Source: Eledone cirrhosa (taxonomy: Eukaryota). From it: a stretch of 64,000 nt of DNA. The position numbers and the translations under genes are program-made. Under the pieces are notes generated by a model, which was not told the origin of the DNA, searched no databases, and saw only the letters and a program-made list of their open reading frames with translations. Below, in pieces: positions 41,251-55,426 of this stretch (its first letter is position 1; each line of letters opens with the position of its first letter). The DNA lies in assembly GCA_964016885.1 (NCBI GenBank), contig OZ024741.1, forward strand, positions 142,538,001 through 142,602,000, written 5' to 3'.

Positions 41251-41352
41251 GTGGTGGTAGTGGGTTGTTGGTAGTGTTGTCTGCTGTGGTGGTAGTGGGT
41301 TGTTGGTAGTGTTGTCTGCTGTGGTGGTAGTGGGTTGTTGGTAGTGTTGTCT
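41251..41352. repeat. 35-bp tandem repeat, ~3 copies
   Basis: GTGGTGGTAGTGGGTTGTTGGTAGTGTTGTCTGCT. Confidence 0.92.
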
Positions 41353-41701
41353 GGTTTCCTACTGATTCTACTCTCACTGCCTGTCTTCACCATGCATAAA
41401 CAGATACGCTAACGCATATGAATATAATCATTTACATGTATATAAACTATGTATCTACATACATGTATTGCTTGAAGTTTCCCTCTATTCATACATCCAC
41501 ACAATATTATGTGTGTGAAGGGGTGTGCAAAAGGTAAACGGAAACAACAAAGCAAACAACACAGTACAATGAAGAAATATATTAGTTTAATGCAAGATGT
41601 AGTAGGAAAGGAGTTTTTACGTTTCAGATAATAGTCCTTCATCAGAAGATAGAACAAGAAATAAAAGATGAAATAGAAAGAGAGTGAGAAGAGGGAACGG
41701 G

Positions 41702-42297
41702 AAATGTATGTATACGTACATACAAATATGTATACAGACGTACAGTAGTATGTATATATATATACATACATGCACACATATATATATGCACGTATCGGTT
41801 TACCGAACAGTAAGTGCCGTACTAAGAGTGAGAAATGAAATTTCGTTTCATTCTATTCCATTTATCGTTTTCGGTGTGCCCGGCCGACTGAACTCACTCG
41901 ATATGCAAATTAGGCTGCTCAGCCGTTAATATGCATAAGGAAAGTATATACTTTCAGACGTTCAACCATCTGGCAGGAAGGTATACGATGCTGACGATAG
42001 CTAATAAGCTTGTAACTAGTACATCGTTCCTGTGTCAGTGTTGAACAAAAAGGTGACGTGGTTGCCTAAACACTGTACGGCGTAATTCGGGCTGTTTGTT
42101 TACAAACAAACAAACCGAGCATTATAATAAATGTTCGGTAAACCGATACGTGCATATATATATGTGTGTATGTATGTATATATATATATATACATACATA
42201 CTACTGTACGTCTGTTTAGATATATGTATGTACGTATACATACATTTAAGTAAGTGCCGTACTAAGAGTGAGAAATGAAATTTCGTTTCATTCTATT
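41702..42297 (+). mobile_element. Non-coding HHR-containing mini-Penelope / retrozyme-like element (inverted arm + 440-bp unit + 47-bp tail)
   Basis: 41702-41809 is the reverse complement of 42132-42246; 47-bp direct repeat at 41811 and 42251; HHR at 41976-42031; ends in (TA)n. Confidence 0.75.
41976..42031 (+). ncRNA. Type I hammerhead ribozyme with one core substitution (GAAA>GTAA)
   Basis: ACGATG-CTGACGA-T AGCT AATA AGCT T-GTAA-CTAG-TA-CATCGT; 6-bp stem I extended by AGGA/TCCT across a bulge. Confidence 0.75.
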
Positions 42298-42304
42298 ATA
42301 TATA

Positions 42305-42360
<56 letters not shown>

Positions 42361-42474
42361 AAAATCCTATATATATATATATATATATAATCCGATTTTC
42401 CTATTACCCACTCTACTACCCTAAGTATTGAGTACTCTGGTCCGTCTGGTTCCTTACCACACCTCCTTCGTTAT

Positions 42475-42507
<33 letters not shown>

Positions 42508-42659
42508 AAGTGTACTCCCGGTATCCGCGGGATTTTCCTTAGAATCTAACTAACAACTGTTCGTGGATCGCGGCATCGTAAATATCTTCCCCAATTGTTT
42601 TTATGACTTTTTCCGTGGCGATATATATATATATTTTAAGGCTAAATTATTAACAATAT

Positions 42660-42815
42660 ACCGTATTTGCGGCCTATCGGACGCCCCTTCGCATAAGACG
42701 GTCTCTCATTTTTTAAAATTATATTTTAGGTTATATTTTGACGTTTATAGGCAATTTTTGTGGACCACGTCCAATATTGCGGGTGCTCTCGGAACGTAAC
42801 ACCCGCGAATACCGG
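42660..42815. mobile_element. Tigger/pogo-type MITE, degenerate
   Basis: TA|CCGTATTTGCGG...CCGCGAATACCGG termini; internal ATAAGACG motif. Confidence 0.5.
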
Positions 42816-43056
42816 GGAACATCACTGTGTGTGTATATATAATATATATATATATAACCTGTTGGTTCTATCGTTACTTTGGTATATTATTGTGTGTTAG
42901 ATTTTGCCTACCACAATGTTCGATTTGTCAAGCTATTTGAACGTATGTTATTACTCTAAGGACCTTATCGAGTGCTTTGCTAACTCATCATTTCATATAA
43001 GTAGGCCGAAATTGCTTGCAAACCGCCAGAGATTCGATTTTACTAAATTTTTCAAT

Positions 43057-44556
43057 TATATAGTATATAATATATATAATATATATAATATATATATTAT
43101 ATATAATATATATATTATATATAATATATATATTATATATAATATATATATTATATATAATATATATATTATATATAATATATATATTATATATAATATA
43201 TATATTATATATAATATATATATTATATATAATATATATATTATATATAATATATATATTATATATAATATATATATTATATATATTATATATATTATAT
43301 ATATTTATATATAATATATATATTATATATAATATATATATATATAATATATATTATATATAATATATATATTATATATAATATATATATTATATATAAT
43401 ATATATATTATATATATATATATATTATATATATATTATATATAATATATATATATATATAATATATATATTATATATAATATATATATTATATATAATA
43501 TATATATTATATATAATATATATAATATATATTATATATATTATATATATAATATATATAATATAATAATATATATATTATATATAATATATATATTATA
43601 TATAATATATATATTATATATAATATATATATTATATATAATATATAATATATATATAATATATATAATATATATTATATATATTATATATATAATATAT
43701 ATAATATATATAATATATATATTATATATAATATATATATATATATATATAATATATAATATATATATAATATATATTATATATATTATATATATAATAT
43801 ATATAATATATATAATATATATATTATATATAATATATATATTATATATAATATATATATTATATATAATATATATATTATATATAATATATATATTATA
43901 TATAATATATATATTATATATATTATATATAATATATATATTATATATAATATATATATTATATATAATATATATATTATATATAATATATATATTATAT
44001 ATATATTATATATAATATATATATTATATATAATATATATATTATATATAATATATATATTATATATATATTATATATAATATATATTATATATAATATA
44101 TATATTATATATATATTATATATAATATATATATTATATATAATATATATTATATTTAATATATATATTTAATATATATTTATATATATAATATATATTA
44201 TATATATTATATATATATATATAATATATATTATATATAATATATAATATATAATATATATTATATATAATATATAATATATATAATTTATAATATATAT
44301 TATATATAAATATAATATATATAATATATATAATATATATATAATATATATATATATAATATATATATATTATATATATATATATTATATATATATATAT
44401 TATATTTATATATATATATATTATATATATTATATATATATATATAATATATATATATATAATATATATATATAATATATATATATATAATATATATATA
44501 TAATATATATATATAATATATATATATATAATATATATATAATATATAATATATAT

Positions 44557-44588
<32 letters not shown>

Positions 44589-44910
44589 ATATATATATAT
44601 ATATAATATATATATATAATATATATATATATAATATATATATATAATATATATATATAATATATATATATATAATATATATATAATATATATATATATA
44701 ATATATATATATATAATATATATATATATATAATATATATATATATAATATATATATATATAAATATAATATATATATATAATATATATATATATAATAT
44801 ATATATATATAATATAATATATATATATATAATATATATATATATAATATATATATATAATATATATAATATATAATATATATAATATATATATATATAA
44901 TATATATATT

Positions 44911-44943
<33 letters not shown>

Positions 44944-44953
44944 TATATATAAT

Positions 44954-44998
<45 letters not shown>

Positions 44999-45048
44999 TA
45001 TATATAATATATATATATAATATATATAATATATAATATATATAATAT

Positions 45049-45099
<51 letters not shown>

Positions 45100-45334
45100 T
45101 ATATAATATATATATAATATATATAATATATAATATATATAATATATATAATATATATATATATATATATAATATAATATATATATAATATATATATATA
45201 ATATATATAATATATAATATATATAATATATATATATATAATATATATATATATATAATATATATATATAATATATATATATATAATATATATATATATA
45301 ATATATATATATATAATATATATAATATATATAT

Positions 45335-45400
<66 letters not shown>

Positions 45401-45426
45401 ATATATATATAATATATATATATATA

Positions 45427-45460
<34 letters not shown>

Positions 45461-46590
45461 ATATAATATATATAATATATATATATATATAATATATATA
45501 ATATATATATATATATAATATATATATATAATATATATATATATAATATATATATATATAATATATATATATATATAATATATATATAATATATATATAT
45601 ATAATATATATATATATATAATATATATATATATATATAATATATATATAATATATATATATATAATATATATATATATATAATATATATATATAATATA
45701 TATATATAATATATATATAATATATATATATATAATATATATATATATAATATATATATAATATATAATATATATATATAATATATATATATATAATATA
45801 TATATAATATATATATATATAATATATATATATATATAATATATATATAATATATATATATAAATATATATATATATAATTATATATATATAATATATAT
45901 ATATATATAATATATATATATATATAATATATATATATATAATATATATATATATAATATATATATATATAATTATATATATATAATATATATATATAAT
46001 ACATAATATATATATAATATATATATATATAATATATATATATAATATATATATATAATATATAATATATATATAATATATATATATATATAATATATAT
46101 ATATATAATATATATATATAATATATATATATATAATATATATATATATAATATATATATATAATATATATATATAATATATAATATATATATAATATAT
46201 ATATATAATATATATATATATATATAATATATATTTATATATAATATATATATAATATATATATATATAATATATATATAATATATATATATATATAATA
46301 TATATATATATATATAATATATATTTATATATAATATATATATAATATATATATATATAATATATATATAATATATATATATATATAATATATATATAAT
46401 ATATATATAATATATATATAATATATATATATATAATATATATATATATATAATATATATATATATAATATATATATAATAATATATATATAATATATAT
46501 ATATATAATATATAATATATATATATATAATATATATATATATATATAATATATATATATATATATAATATATATATATATATAATATAT

Positions 46591-46635
<45 letters not shown>

Positions 46636-46980
46636 TATATATAATATATATATATATATAATATATAATATATATATATATAATATATTATAAATATATA
46701 ATATATATATATATAATATATATATAATATATAATATATAATATATATATATAATATATATATATATAATATATATATATATAATATATATATATATAAT
46801 ATATATATATAATATTATATATAATATATAATATATATATAATATATAATATATATATAATATATATATATAATATATATATATAATATATAATATATAT
46901 ATATATATAATATATAAATATATATATAATATATAATATATATATAATATATATATATATATAATATATAATATATATAT

Positions 46981-47014
<34 letters not shown>

Positions 47015-47314
47015 ATATATATATATATATAATATATATATATATAATATATATATATATAATATATATAATATATATATATAATATATATATATATAAT
47101 ATATATAATATATATATATAATATATATTATATATATATAATATATAATATATATTATATATATATATAATATATATTATATATATATAATATATAATAT
47201 ATATTATATATATATATAATATATAAATATAAATATAATATATAATATATAAATATAATATATAATATATATATATATAATATATAATATATATAATATA
47301 TATATATATATATG

Positions 47315-47345
<31 letters not shown>

Positions 47346-48191
47346 CTTATAATATTATATATATGATATACTATATACATATTATATATATATATATATA
47401 ATATATATATACATATAATATATATATATGATATATAATATATATATATATAATATATATATATGATATATAATATATATATATATATTATATATATATG
47501 ATATATATATATATAATATATATATATATAATATATGATATATATATATATGATATATATATATATAATATATATATATGATATATATATATATATATAT
47601 ATATGATATATATATATAATATATATATGATATATATATATATATATATATTATATAGATATATATATATATAATATATATATATGATATATATATATAT
47701 AATATATATATATGATATATATATATATAATATATATATATAATAATATATAATATATATATATATAATATATATATAATATATATATATATATGATATA
47801 TATATATATATAATATATATATAATATATATATATAATATATATATAATATATATATATATAATATATAATATATATATATATATGATATATATATATAT
47901 ATATAATATATATATATATAATATATGATATATATATAATATATATATATATAATATATATATAATATATATATATAATATATATATAATATATATATAT
48001 AATATATATATAATATATATATATATAATATATATATATAATATATATATAATATATATATATATAATATATGATATATATATAATATATATATATAATA
48101 TATATATAATATATAATATATATATAATATATATATAATATATAATATATATATAATATATATATATATAATATATATATAATATATAATA

Positions 48192-48239
<48 letters not shown>

Positions 48240-48240
48240 T

Positions 48241-48285
<45 letters not shown>

Positions 48286-48518
48286 TATATATATAATATA
48301 TATATATATATAATATATATAAATATATATATATATATAATATATATATATATATAATATATATAAATATATATATATATATAATATATATAATATATAT
48401 ATATATATATAATATATATATATAATATATAATATATAATATATAAATATAATATATATATATATAATATATATATATAATATATATATAATATATATAT
48501 ATAATATATATATATAAT

Positions 48519-48550
<32 letters not shown>

Positions 48551-49162
48551 ATATATATATAATATATATATATAATATATATATATAATATATATATATA
48601 ATATATATATATATAATATATATATATAATATATATATATAATATATATATATAATATATATATATAATATATATATATAATATATATATATAATATATA
48701 TATATAATATATATATATAATATATATATATATATATAATATATATATATAATATATATATATATAATATATAATATATATATATATATATTATATATAT
48801 ATATAATATATTATATATATATATAATATATATATAAAATATATAATATATATATAATATATATATATAATATATAATATATATATAATATATATATATA
48901 ATATATTATATATATATATAATATATATATAAAATATATAATATATATATAATATATATATATAATATATATATATAATATATATATAATATATATTATA
49001 TATAATATATATAATATATATATATATATATTATATATATAATATATATATAATATATATATAATATATATATATAATATATATATATAATATATATATA
49101 TATTATATATATAATATATATATATAATATATATATATACATAATATATAATATATATATAT
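43057..49162. repeat. ~6.1-kb (TA)n mega-array with AA/TT/TGA interruptions
   Basis: Nearly pure A/T; 18-bp period AATATATATATTATATAT at the start. Confidence 0.98.
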
Positions 49163-49689
49163 TCATTTACGTTCATGTGCGTGCATACACTAATAATTAT
49201 TGACTGAGCTATAAAGGTATGTGCACATGGAAGTTTGTGTGTGCGTGTGTTTTCATCTATGTACATCGGAACATAATGTTATCGAGTTATTTTCGTGCTA
49301 TTCTCATGAGGAAAGGAGGAAGGGCGGATTAGAAATCGATATAAATTGATTTATCGTCTTGTGTTCAGTGTTATTTAGCTAATCGCTTGTGCAAGCGTGT
49401 GCGCACATATAGCTACACAATCGTAAAGATACACACCCTCACATACACACAACACTGCCGTCTTTACTGTCCTTATGTCCAGCTTTCTCCTCTTCTCATT
49501 ACCATGAACACGATCACAAACCCGAAATTCACACTACCCCTTCCAACACAGCCGCCACCGTCATCTCATATTCCACCTCTCAAATACCCACCTAATCACC
49601 TACATCATCATCATCAAAATCTAATGTAATATAAAGTATTATATATATCCGCGATATTGGTGCAGCTGGTCTGCTTGCGCCTGTTACAA

Positions 49690-50105
49690 ATTTATGGAAG
49701 GGCAAAGCTGATTAAATCAACCCCCAGTATTTTTTTTTATCGACCCCTGAAGGATGAAAGGCAAAAGTTGACCTAAGCGTGATTTGAACTTAAAATGTAA
49801 AGCTGCAGGATAAATTTTGATTTCTACTTTGCTTACACTTTATCTGAAGCTCTACCAATTGTGCCAATCCAACAGTCTCAATGAATAATTTATTTCTGAT
49901 TTTGGCACAACGCCAACAATTTTGTAGGAGGGGGAAGTCGATTATATCGATCCCATTGCATTACTGGTACTTTATTTATCGACACCGTAAGAATGAAAGA
50001 CAAAGCTAACGTCGACAGGATTTAAACACAGATCGTAAAGAACCGTAACTCTATGCCATAAAGCGTGTTGTCCGACGCTCCACCAATACTGCCAATCCAC
50101 CGCCC
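49690..50105 (-). mobile_element. Two tandem family B SINEs
   Basis: ATCGAC..GATGAAAG.CAAA..GATTT.AAC..; head CTGCCAATCCACCGCC. Confidence 0.8.
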
Positions 50106-50274
50106 TAATCTCAATGAATATTAAAAAGGATTATGATGATGAGAAAGATAACAAGATGATGAAGACTGGAGGCAGCGTCGGGTATTTTAGGTACGGCACT
50201 TTTTACATTCTGAATTCAAACATTATATAATCTAATTGAAAAGGAAAGATCGAATCGAAAAACAAACCAAATGA

Positions 50275-50278
<4 letters not shown>

Positions 50279-50362
<84 letters not shown>
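50279..50362. repeat. (GA)n microsatellite
   Basis: Pure run. Confidence 0.98.
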
Positions 50363-50363
<1 letters not shown>

Positions 50364-51938
50364 ACAACAATCAAATTAATAATTTGGTCAATCCGTCCCA
50401 CCCCATAACCAGAAAAAACCCCTTTAATTCAAACGTAACTAACAAAATACATCCTGAAGTACAACTTGAGTAATCAATATAATGGTGGGTGTGGCTTAGT
50501 GGTTAGAGAGTTCGCGATCGTGTGCTCAATATCCAACAGTGCATTGTATCTATACATCTGATAACTATGTGTATGTATGTGTACTTCAGTAACGTAGGGT
50601 TTCAAAAACCCAAAGTTCTTCATACAATGTCCAAAACAAGAAGCGAGGAGACAATTTGGTATCTAAGGCCCCAGATGTTCCTACACCAGGGCAAGAATGA
50701 CAATTGAGGGACAATAGTATAAAACTCCTTCATCAGAAGCCAACCAGAGAAGGAGGTCTGTAGACAATGGTGACGTTGCACCAAAAGTGTGGAGAGATCT
50801 GAATCTTTTGAAAAGAGTTATGTATTTTTATATAATCCCAACAATCAGCTCTACACGCTTTAAGATAACTCAGTAAAAATCTATATTATTCCTTTGTTGA
50901 TTTCAGTCATTAGACAGCGGTGAATGCTGAGGCACCGCCTTACGAGAGTTTAGTTAACCATATTAAGCTCAATGCTTATATGCATTTTTGTCATTGTTGT
51001 TTTCAAGGCTGGTATGTATTTTATCGATCATGACGGGCATCTGCAATTTCTGCCTACCAAATTTCACTCACATATGTCAAACAGAGGCCATAGTATACGA
51101 TACTTGCTCAAGGTGCCACGCAGAGGTTGCGAAGCAAACTCCATAACACATACACACACAAAGAAATCTGCATTGTTTTAAATTGTTCCAAAATAGGGAT
51201 TTTCCCGCTTGTTTTCCCATTATCTAAAAAAAAAAACCCTAAAGGGAGTTCCGATCTCCAAATTGTGAGGACAGTCCCAGTTGATTGGAATATTTCCATA
51301 CTTGACATAGTCAGACTACGAGACTCTATTTGTAAGTATAGGTGGATACTGAACTCCCGGTTATAAAATCGAAGGTTCAAATCTCGGACCGGGCGGTGTG
51401 TTGGATCCTTCAGTAAAACATTTCATTTCACACCGCCCCTATTTACTAAACTGAAAAGAAATGAGTAGCAGCAGTTGTGGAGTTGGGGTGGAGGTTGACT
51501 TTGTAACGAACTGGCATCTTTCTTGTACTCTCAGTCGATTAATACCAAGGAAACTGAGATATACCTCCAGCCCGATGAACCTCTGAGCTTGGGGAAGACT
51601 TGAATGTTTTCAGCTTAGGAAAACGACACAAGACATTTCAGACAAAATACATATTTATATGGACTTTTGGTGTGTGTGGTGAGATGAATATGTTGAGGTA
51701 TTTGTTCATAAAATAATTGATTTTGATAAGTCCCAATTGTAAATCAATATTTGATGTGAAACTATATTTGGTAATACTTTAATAAATAATTTGCTCCGCG
51801 TGTAATAATTTTTAACACAATAAGATTTTGTACACATGCTTGTTTGAATTTCTTTTCAAGGAAGTATGATACATAGCCTTATGTACAGTTTATTATAATA
51901 AATTTCCGGATTATATATATATATATATAGAAGTAGTA

Positions 51939-52102
51939 AGTTAGTTCACCATACCGAGACCAATGGTTTCACCTTATGCGGATCTTCAGCTCAGACTGGT
52001 CATAGTTATACGGAACAGGAAGAACAAGTGTATAACCATGACCAGTCCGAGCTGAAGATCCGCATAAGGTGAAACAATTGTTCTCGGTATGGTGAACTAA
52101 CT
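51939..52102. mobile_element. Palindromic element with two divergent hammerhead motifs (inverted Penelope pLTR-like)
   Basis: 73-bp arms 51939-52011 / 52030-52102 with 4 mismatches and an 18-nt spacer; each arm contains CTGAAGA..GAAAC. Confidence 0.85.
52035..52093 (+). ncRNA. Type I hammerhead ribozyme, intact core
   Basis: CCGAG-CTGAAGA-T CC GCATAA GG T-GAAA-CAATTG-TT-CTCGG; stem I extended by ACCAT/ATGGT; predicted cleavage after 52082. Confidence 0.75.
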
Positions 52103-52187
52103 GTTGTTACTACATCTACCAAACTCGTCCCATGGACTGAGTGCTCTACCACTACGGATATTATCTTCCAGTGTTCTACACACACAC

Positions 52188-52246
<59 letters not shown>

Positions 52247-52270
52247 TTTGAAACAGCGAGCGAGTTTGAA

Positions 52271-52449
52271 ATTAGAAATAGCTTTCGCCGTATTTTTTAC
52301 TAAAGAAATTTTAGCCTAATAGTGGGGTTTAAAACCCTCTAAGAAATGGAAAAAGATATACGTCAATACTCATCTTAGAGGGTTCTAACCCCCATTATCA
52401 GGCTAAAATTCCTTCACTCAAAAATATGGTGAAAGCTTCTATTTCTAAT
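52271..52449. repeat. Imperfect palindrome with ~74-bp arms
   Basis: TTAGAAATAG..AATTTTAGCCT..ACCCTCTAAGA / TCTTAGAGGGT..AGGCTAAAATT..CTATTTCTAA. Confidence 0.85.
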
Positions 52450-52460
52450 ATATATTCTCA

Positions 52461-53192
52461 ATCATCTTCCTTTGTCCCTGTGCAATCGAAGGATGGTGTA
52501 GTTCTCTATAAAAACCTAGAGAATATTATGAAGAGATAGAAAGAGATTTCTCTGACCATTTTTACAACCCTTCTATAATCAACTTTGATATTATAAAATG
52601 TCTGTCGCAGCACGATATAAAATTATCAATGGACAATCCACCGACTATTGTTGGAATTAGAAAGGCAACCACAAGGTAAACTCAGGCAAGGTATCAGGGT
52701 TAGATGGGATTCTAGTCAAATTATTGAAAGCTCGAGGAGTTCACATATCATCAGCTATCAATGCTCTTCTCATGAAATGTTGAGAAGAAGCACCAATACC
52801 ACAAGAGCGGGTTGATGAAATCTGCGTTCTTCTCTAAAGCACGTTTTGTAAACCATATAAAAACGCATGAACAGACAATGACACAGTCAGATTGTGATGC
52901 AAATTTCCCTGCATCTCCAGATGTGACTACTTATCAAATTTGTAGCAAGGTATGTAAGACAACTTCCGGGTTAAAACGCTATATGAAGGTTCATCAACAT
53001 GACATTCCACATGCTGATCCAATAAACCCAGTACATACAATGGCATACATCTGTTACTTGTGCCAGAAACCTTGCAAATTAGTTGCTGGATTGAAAGGTC
53101 ACCTCCGTGCACATGGGATGGTGTAAACTTGCTGGAGGGATTGAGATGATGTTGAGACGGCTATTACCTGACAAGATGAAGCAATCATCATC
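52461..53192 (+). pseudogene. Internally deleted RTE-clade LINE: pre-RT region fused to C-terminal C2H2 zinc fingers and 3' tail
   Basis: PVQSKDGVVLYKNLENIMKR*..MDNPPTIVGIRKA..SGKVSGLDGILVKLLK..C*EEAPIPQERVD, then ..SKARFVNHIKTH, YQICSKVCKTTSGLKRYMKVH, CYLCQKPCKLVAGLKGHLRAH*, and an ATCATCATC tail. Confidence 0.8.
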
Positions 53193-53326
53193 CACACACA
53201 CATTATATATATGATACGTGTGTGTGTTCCACCCCCACTCCCCAATTCTAAAAATAATTTTTTCCCGTTCCTTTCTCTTCCCAATCTCAATTTTTCTATT
53301 TCATCTTTTATTTTTTTCTCATTCCA

Positions 53327-53362
53327 TCTTCTGATGAAGGTCTAGTATCCGAAACGTAGAGA
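53327..53362 (+). ncRNA. Minimal Penelope-type hammerhead motif
   Basis: TCTT-CTGATGA-AGG TCTAGTAT CC-GAAA-CG-TA-GAGA; loopless palindromic ACGT stem III. Confidence 0.55.
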
Positions 53363-54140
53363 CTCTTTTCCTACTATATTAAGCATTAAACTAATATATT
53401 TCTTCGTTGTACTGTGTTGTTTCTGTTTACCTTTTGCATATATATATAATACACTTAGACGGTTATTTATAATATATATAATACAGACGACAACAGAAAG
53501 AGGAGAGGGTTCAGAAAAGGAAAAAAATAAATACATGAGAATACAACAGACAATAGAAGGAAACGTAAAGTGAGAAGAAAGAGAAATACAAAATACACGT
53601 TGATAAAGCAAGCCGAGATGAGGAGGGGAGGAGGAATGACCAGCGTAAAAAGGAACGGGAGTGGGAGGAGAGACAGAGAACTCTCCCGGACAACCTATTC
53701 AGTTTGATCTTTTCATCTCGTGATATTTTGTTTGCTTTCTTTCTATTTTTTCTTTTGAAAGGGAAAGTACAATTCGGCTATTACAAAAGATATGTGGGTG
53801 TCTGAGTGAATCCATGGGATTTGTCAAAGAAAGTAGCTAGGGTTTGAACGAAAAGTTTTGAGTGAAAGAAATTGTTAAGCTCCCTCGTCCTCCTCTAAGG
53901 ACAATAAGAAGTTTGGTGAGCCACGAAAGATGTTGAAAATAACTTCCCCTTATTCACACTCATAAGCCAAACACATTTCACGTGTGTATGTGTATATATA
54001 ATAAAATAAATATGGTTTTATAAATATAGTTTCCATTTATTTAATATGATTGAATATTTACTCCAGTAACTTGTTGAGTGTTCTAAATCAGTTATAAACA
54101 TTTATGTTTGTCGGACTTCAATAAATTAATGCAACTTCTA

Positions 54141-54189
<49 letters not shown>

Positions 54190-54194
<5 letters not shown>

Positions 54195-54542
54195 AGGGTA
54201 AAGACCCCCCCCCCCCATCGGTCACATATGACCATGGGATTTGCACCTAAAGAGTTCCCCTCAATGGCACAAGTCCGTGCAATGTTATTTGTGAAAGACC
54301 GGCAGTCGCCATGCATGCCAATCTCCCGTCTCAACGCCACTGATATTATCCAAAGGAAAGGCAGTAGCCAATACAGCTTGGCACCAGTGACGTCGCAACT
54401 CATTTCTACAGCTGAGCAAACCGGAACAACGTGACATAAAACCTCTTGCTCAAGGACACAATGCACCACTCGGTCCGGGAATTGAACTCACAGCCTTCCG
54501 ATTGCAAGCCCGACGTTCTAACCACGAAGCCATGTGCCTTCA
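54190..54542 (-). mobile_element. Near full-length CORE-like SINE with a distinct 3' tail
   Basis: Reverse head GCCATGTGCCTTCA, CGGGAATTGAACTC B-box, CTTGCTCAAGGACACAA core. Confidence 0.85.
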
Positions 54543-54548
54543 TATAGA

Positions 54549-54886
54549 CCGTATTTCCCGGCGCCGAAGACGCACCCTGATTTTGACAACCAGAAATTTG
54601 GAAAAAAATAATTGTTTCTACTTTTGGCACAAGGCTAGCAATTACCTAGTACATAACTGATACTTTATTTTATCGACCCCCGTAAGGATGAAAGGCAAAG
54701 TTGACCTCGGCGGGATTTGAACTCGGTCCGTAAAAGGACGTAACTCTATGCTGAAAAGCATGGCGTCCGACCCTATACTGATACTGCCAATTTGAAAAAA
54801 AATAATAAACAACCTTCAGCCTCCAGGACGCATGGTAGATTTTGAGACTAGGGAAAAGGTAGCGTCTTCGACGCCGGGAAATACGG
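54549..54886. mobile_element. Tigger/pogo-type MITE with a nested SINE
   Basis: 25-bp TIRs CCGTATTTCCCGGCGCCGAAGACGC / GCGTCTTCGACGCCGGGAAATACGG; family B SINE 54613-54788 flanked by AATTTGRAAAAAAATAAT duplication. Confidence 0.9.
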
Positions 54887-55426
54887 TGTGTGTGTGTGTA
54901 GCTTAATGTGTTGTAACCTTATGTTGCTGTTGGTTCACCAGCTTGAGCACTCGGTGCGTAGGTGGTGTCTAGTACGTGGTGTCACACATTTGGTGTTATA
55001 TTATGGTCGGTTTCCCTCATAAGCTGAGTGTAATATTTAAAATAAGTAGATACGAGGTATCAGAGTATCATAATTAAATTTATTCAGGTGAGACGCGCGT
55101 TTCGATATTGATCAGTTCAAGGTTCGATATGTATCGATATGTATCGATATGACTCTGCAATCAAAAGCTCATTAGACTCTTGGTTTGTTAATGATGGGAG
55201 ATATCCGCGTGCAGCATAACACAAAAACCATTTCTCATCCAGTTCGGGTATTCTATCGTTCTTTGTGGGGGTGAGGGAGAGATAAGGTATGAGCTATTAT
55301 TATTATTATATATAATATATATATATATATATATACATATTCCTTATTATTCTCTTGTTTTACTATTTCTCTCCTTTTTATACTATTTTCTCTTTTGGCT
55401 AAGCCCTTGCACACTCTATATGTGTA

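Noticed and set aside
44910-46004. 364-aa I/Y-rich ORF and similar ORFs (1319-2244, 6382-6774, 30783-31271, 58855-59595)
   Set aside because: Translations of microsatellites with no protein-like complexity
52812-53126. Host C2H2 zinc-finger gene
   Set aside because: Fused to RTE ORF2 remnants, ligand residues decayed, LINE-like tail, no TGEKP linkers
53650-53950. Minus-strand Penelope GIY-YIG C-terminus (FLSLKTFR)
   Set aside because: Too degenerate to support without a database search
55087-55180. Intact minus-strand hammerhead (CTAATGA..GAAACGCGCGTC)
   Set aside because: G5 mutated and stem I does not pair; counted only as a weak relic
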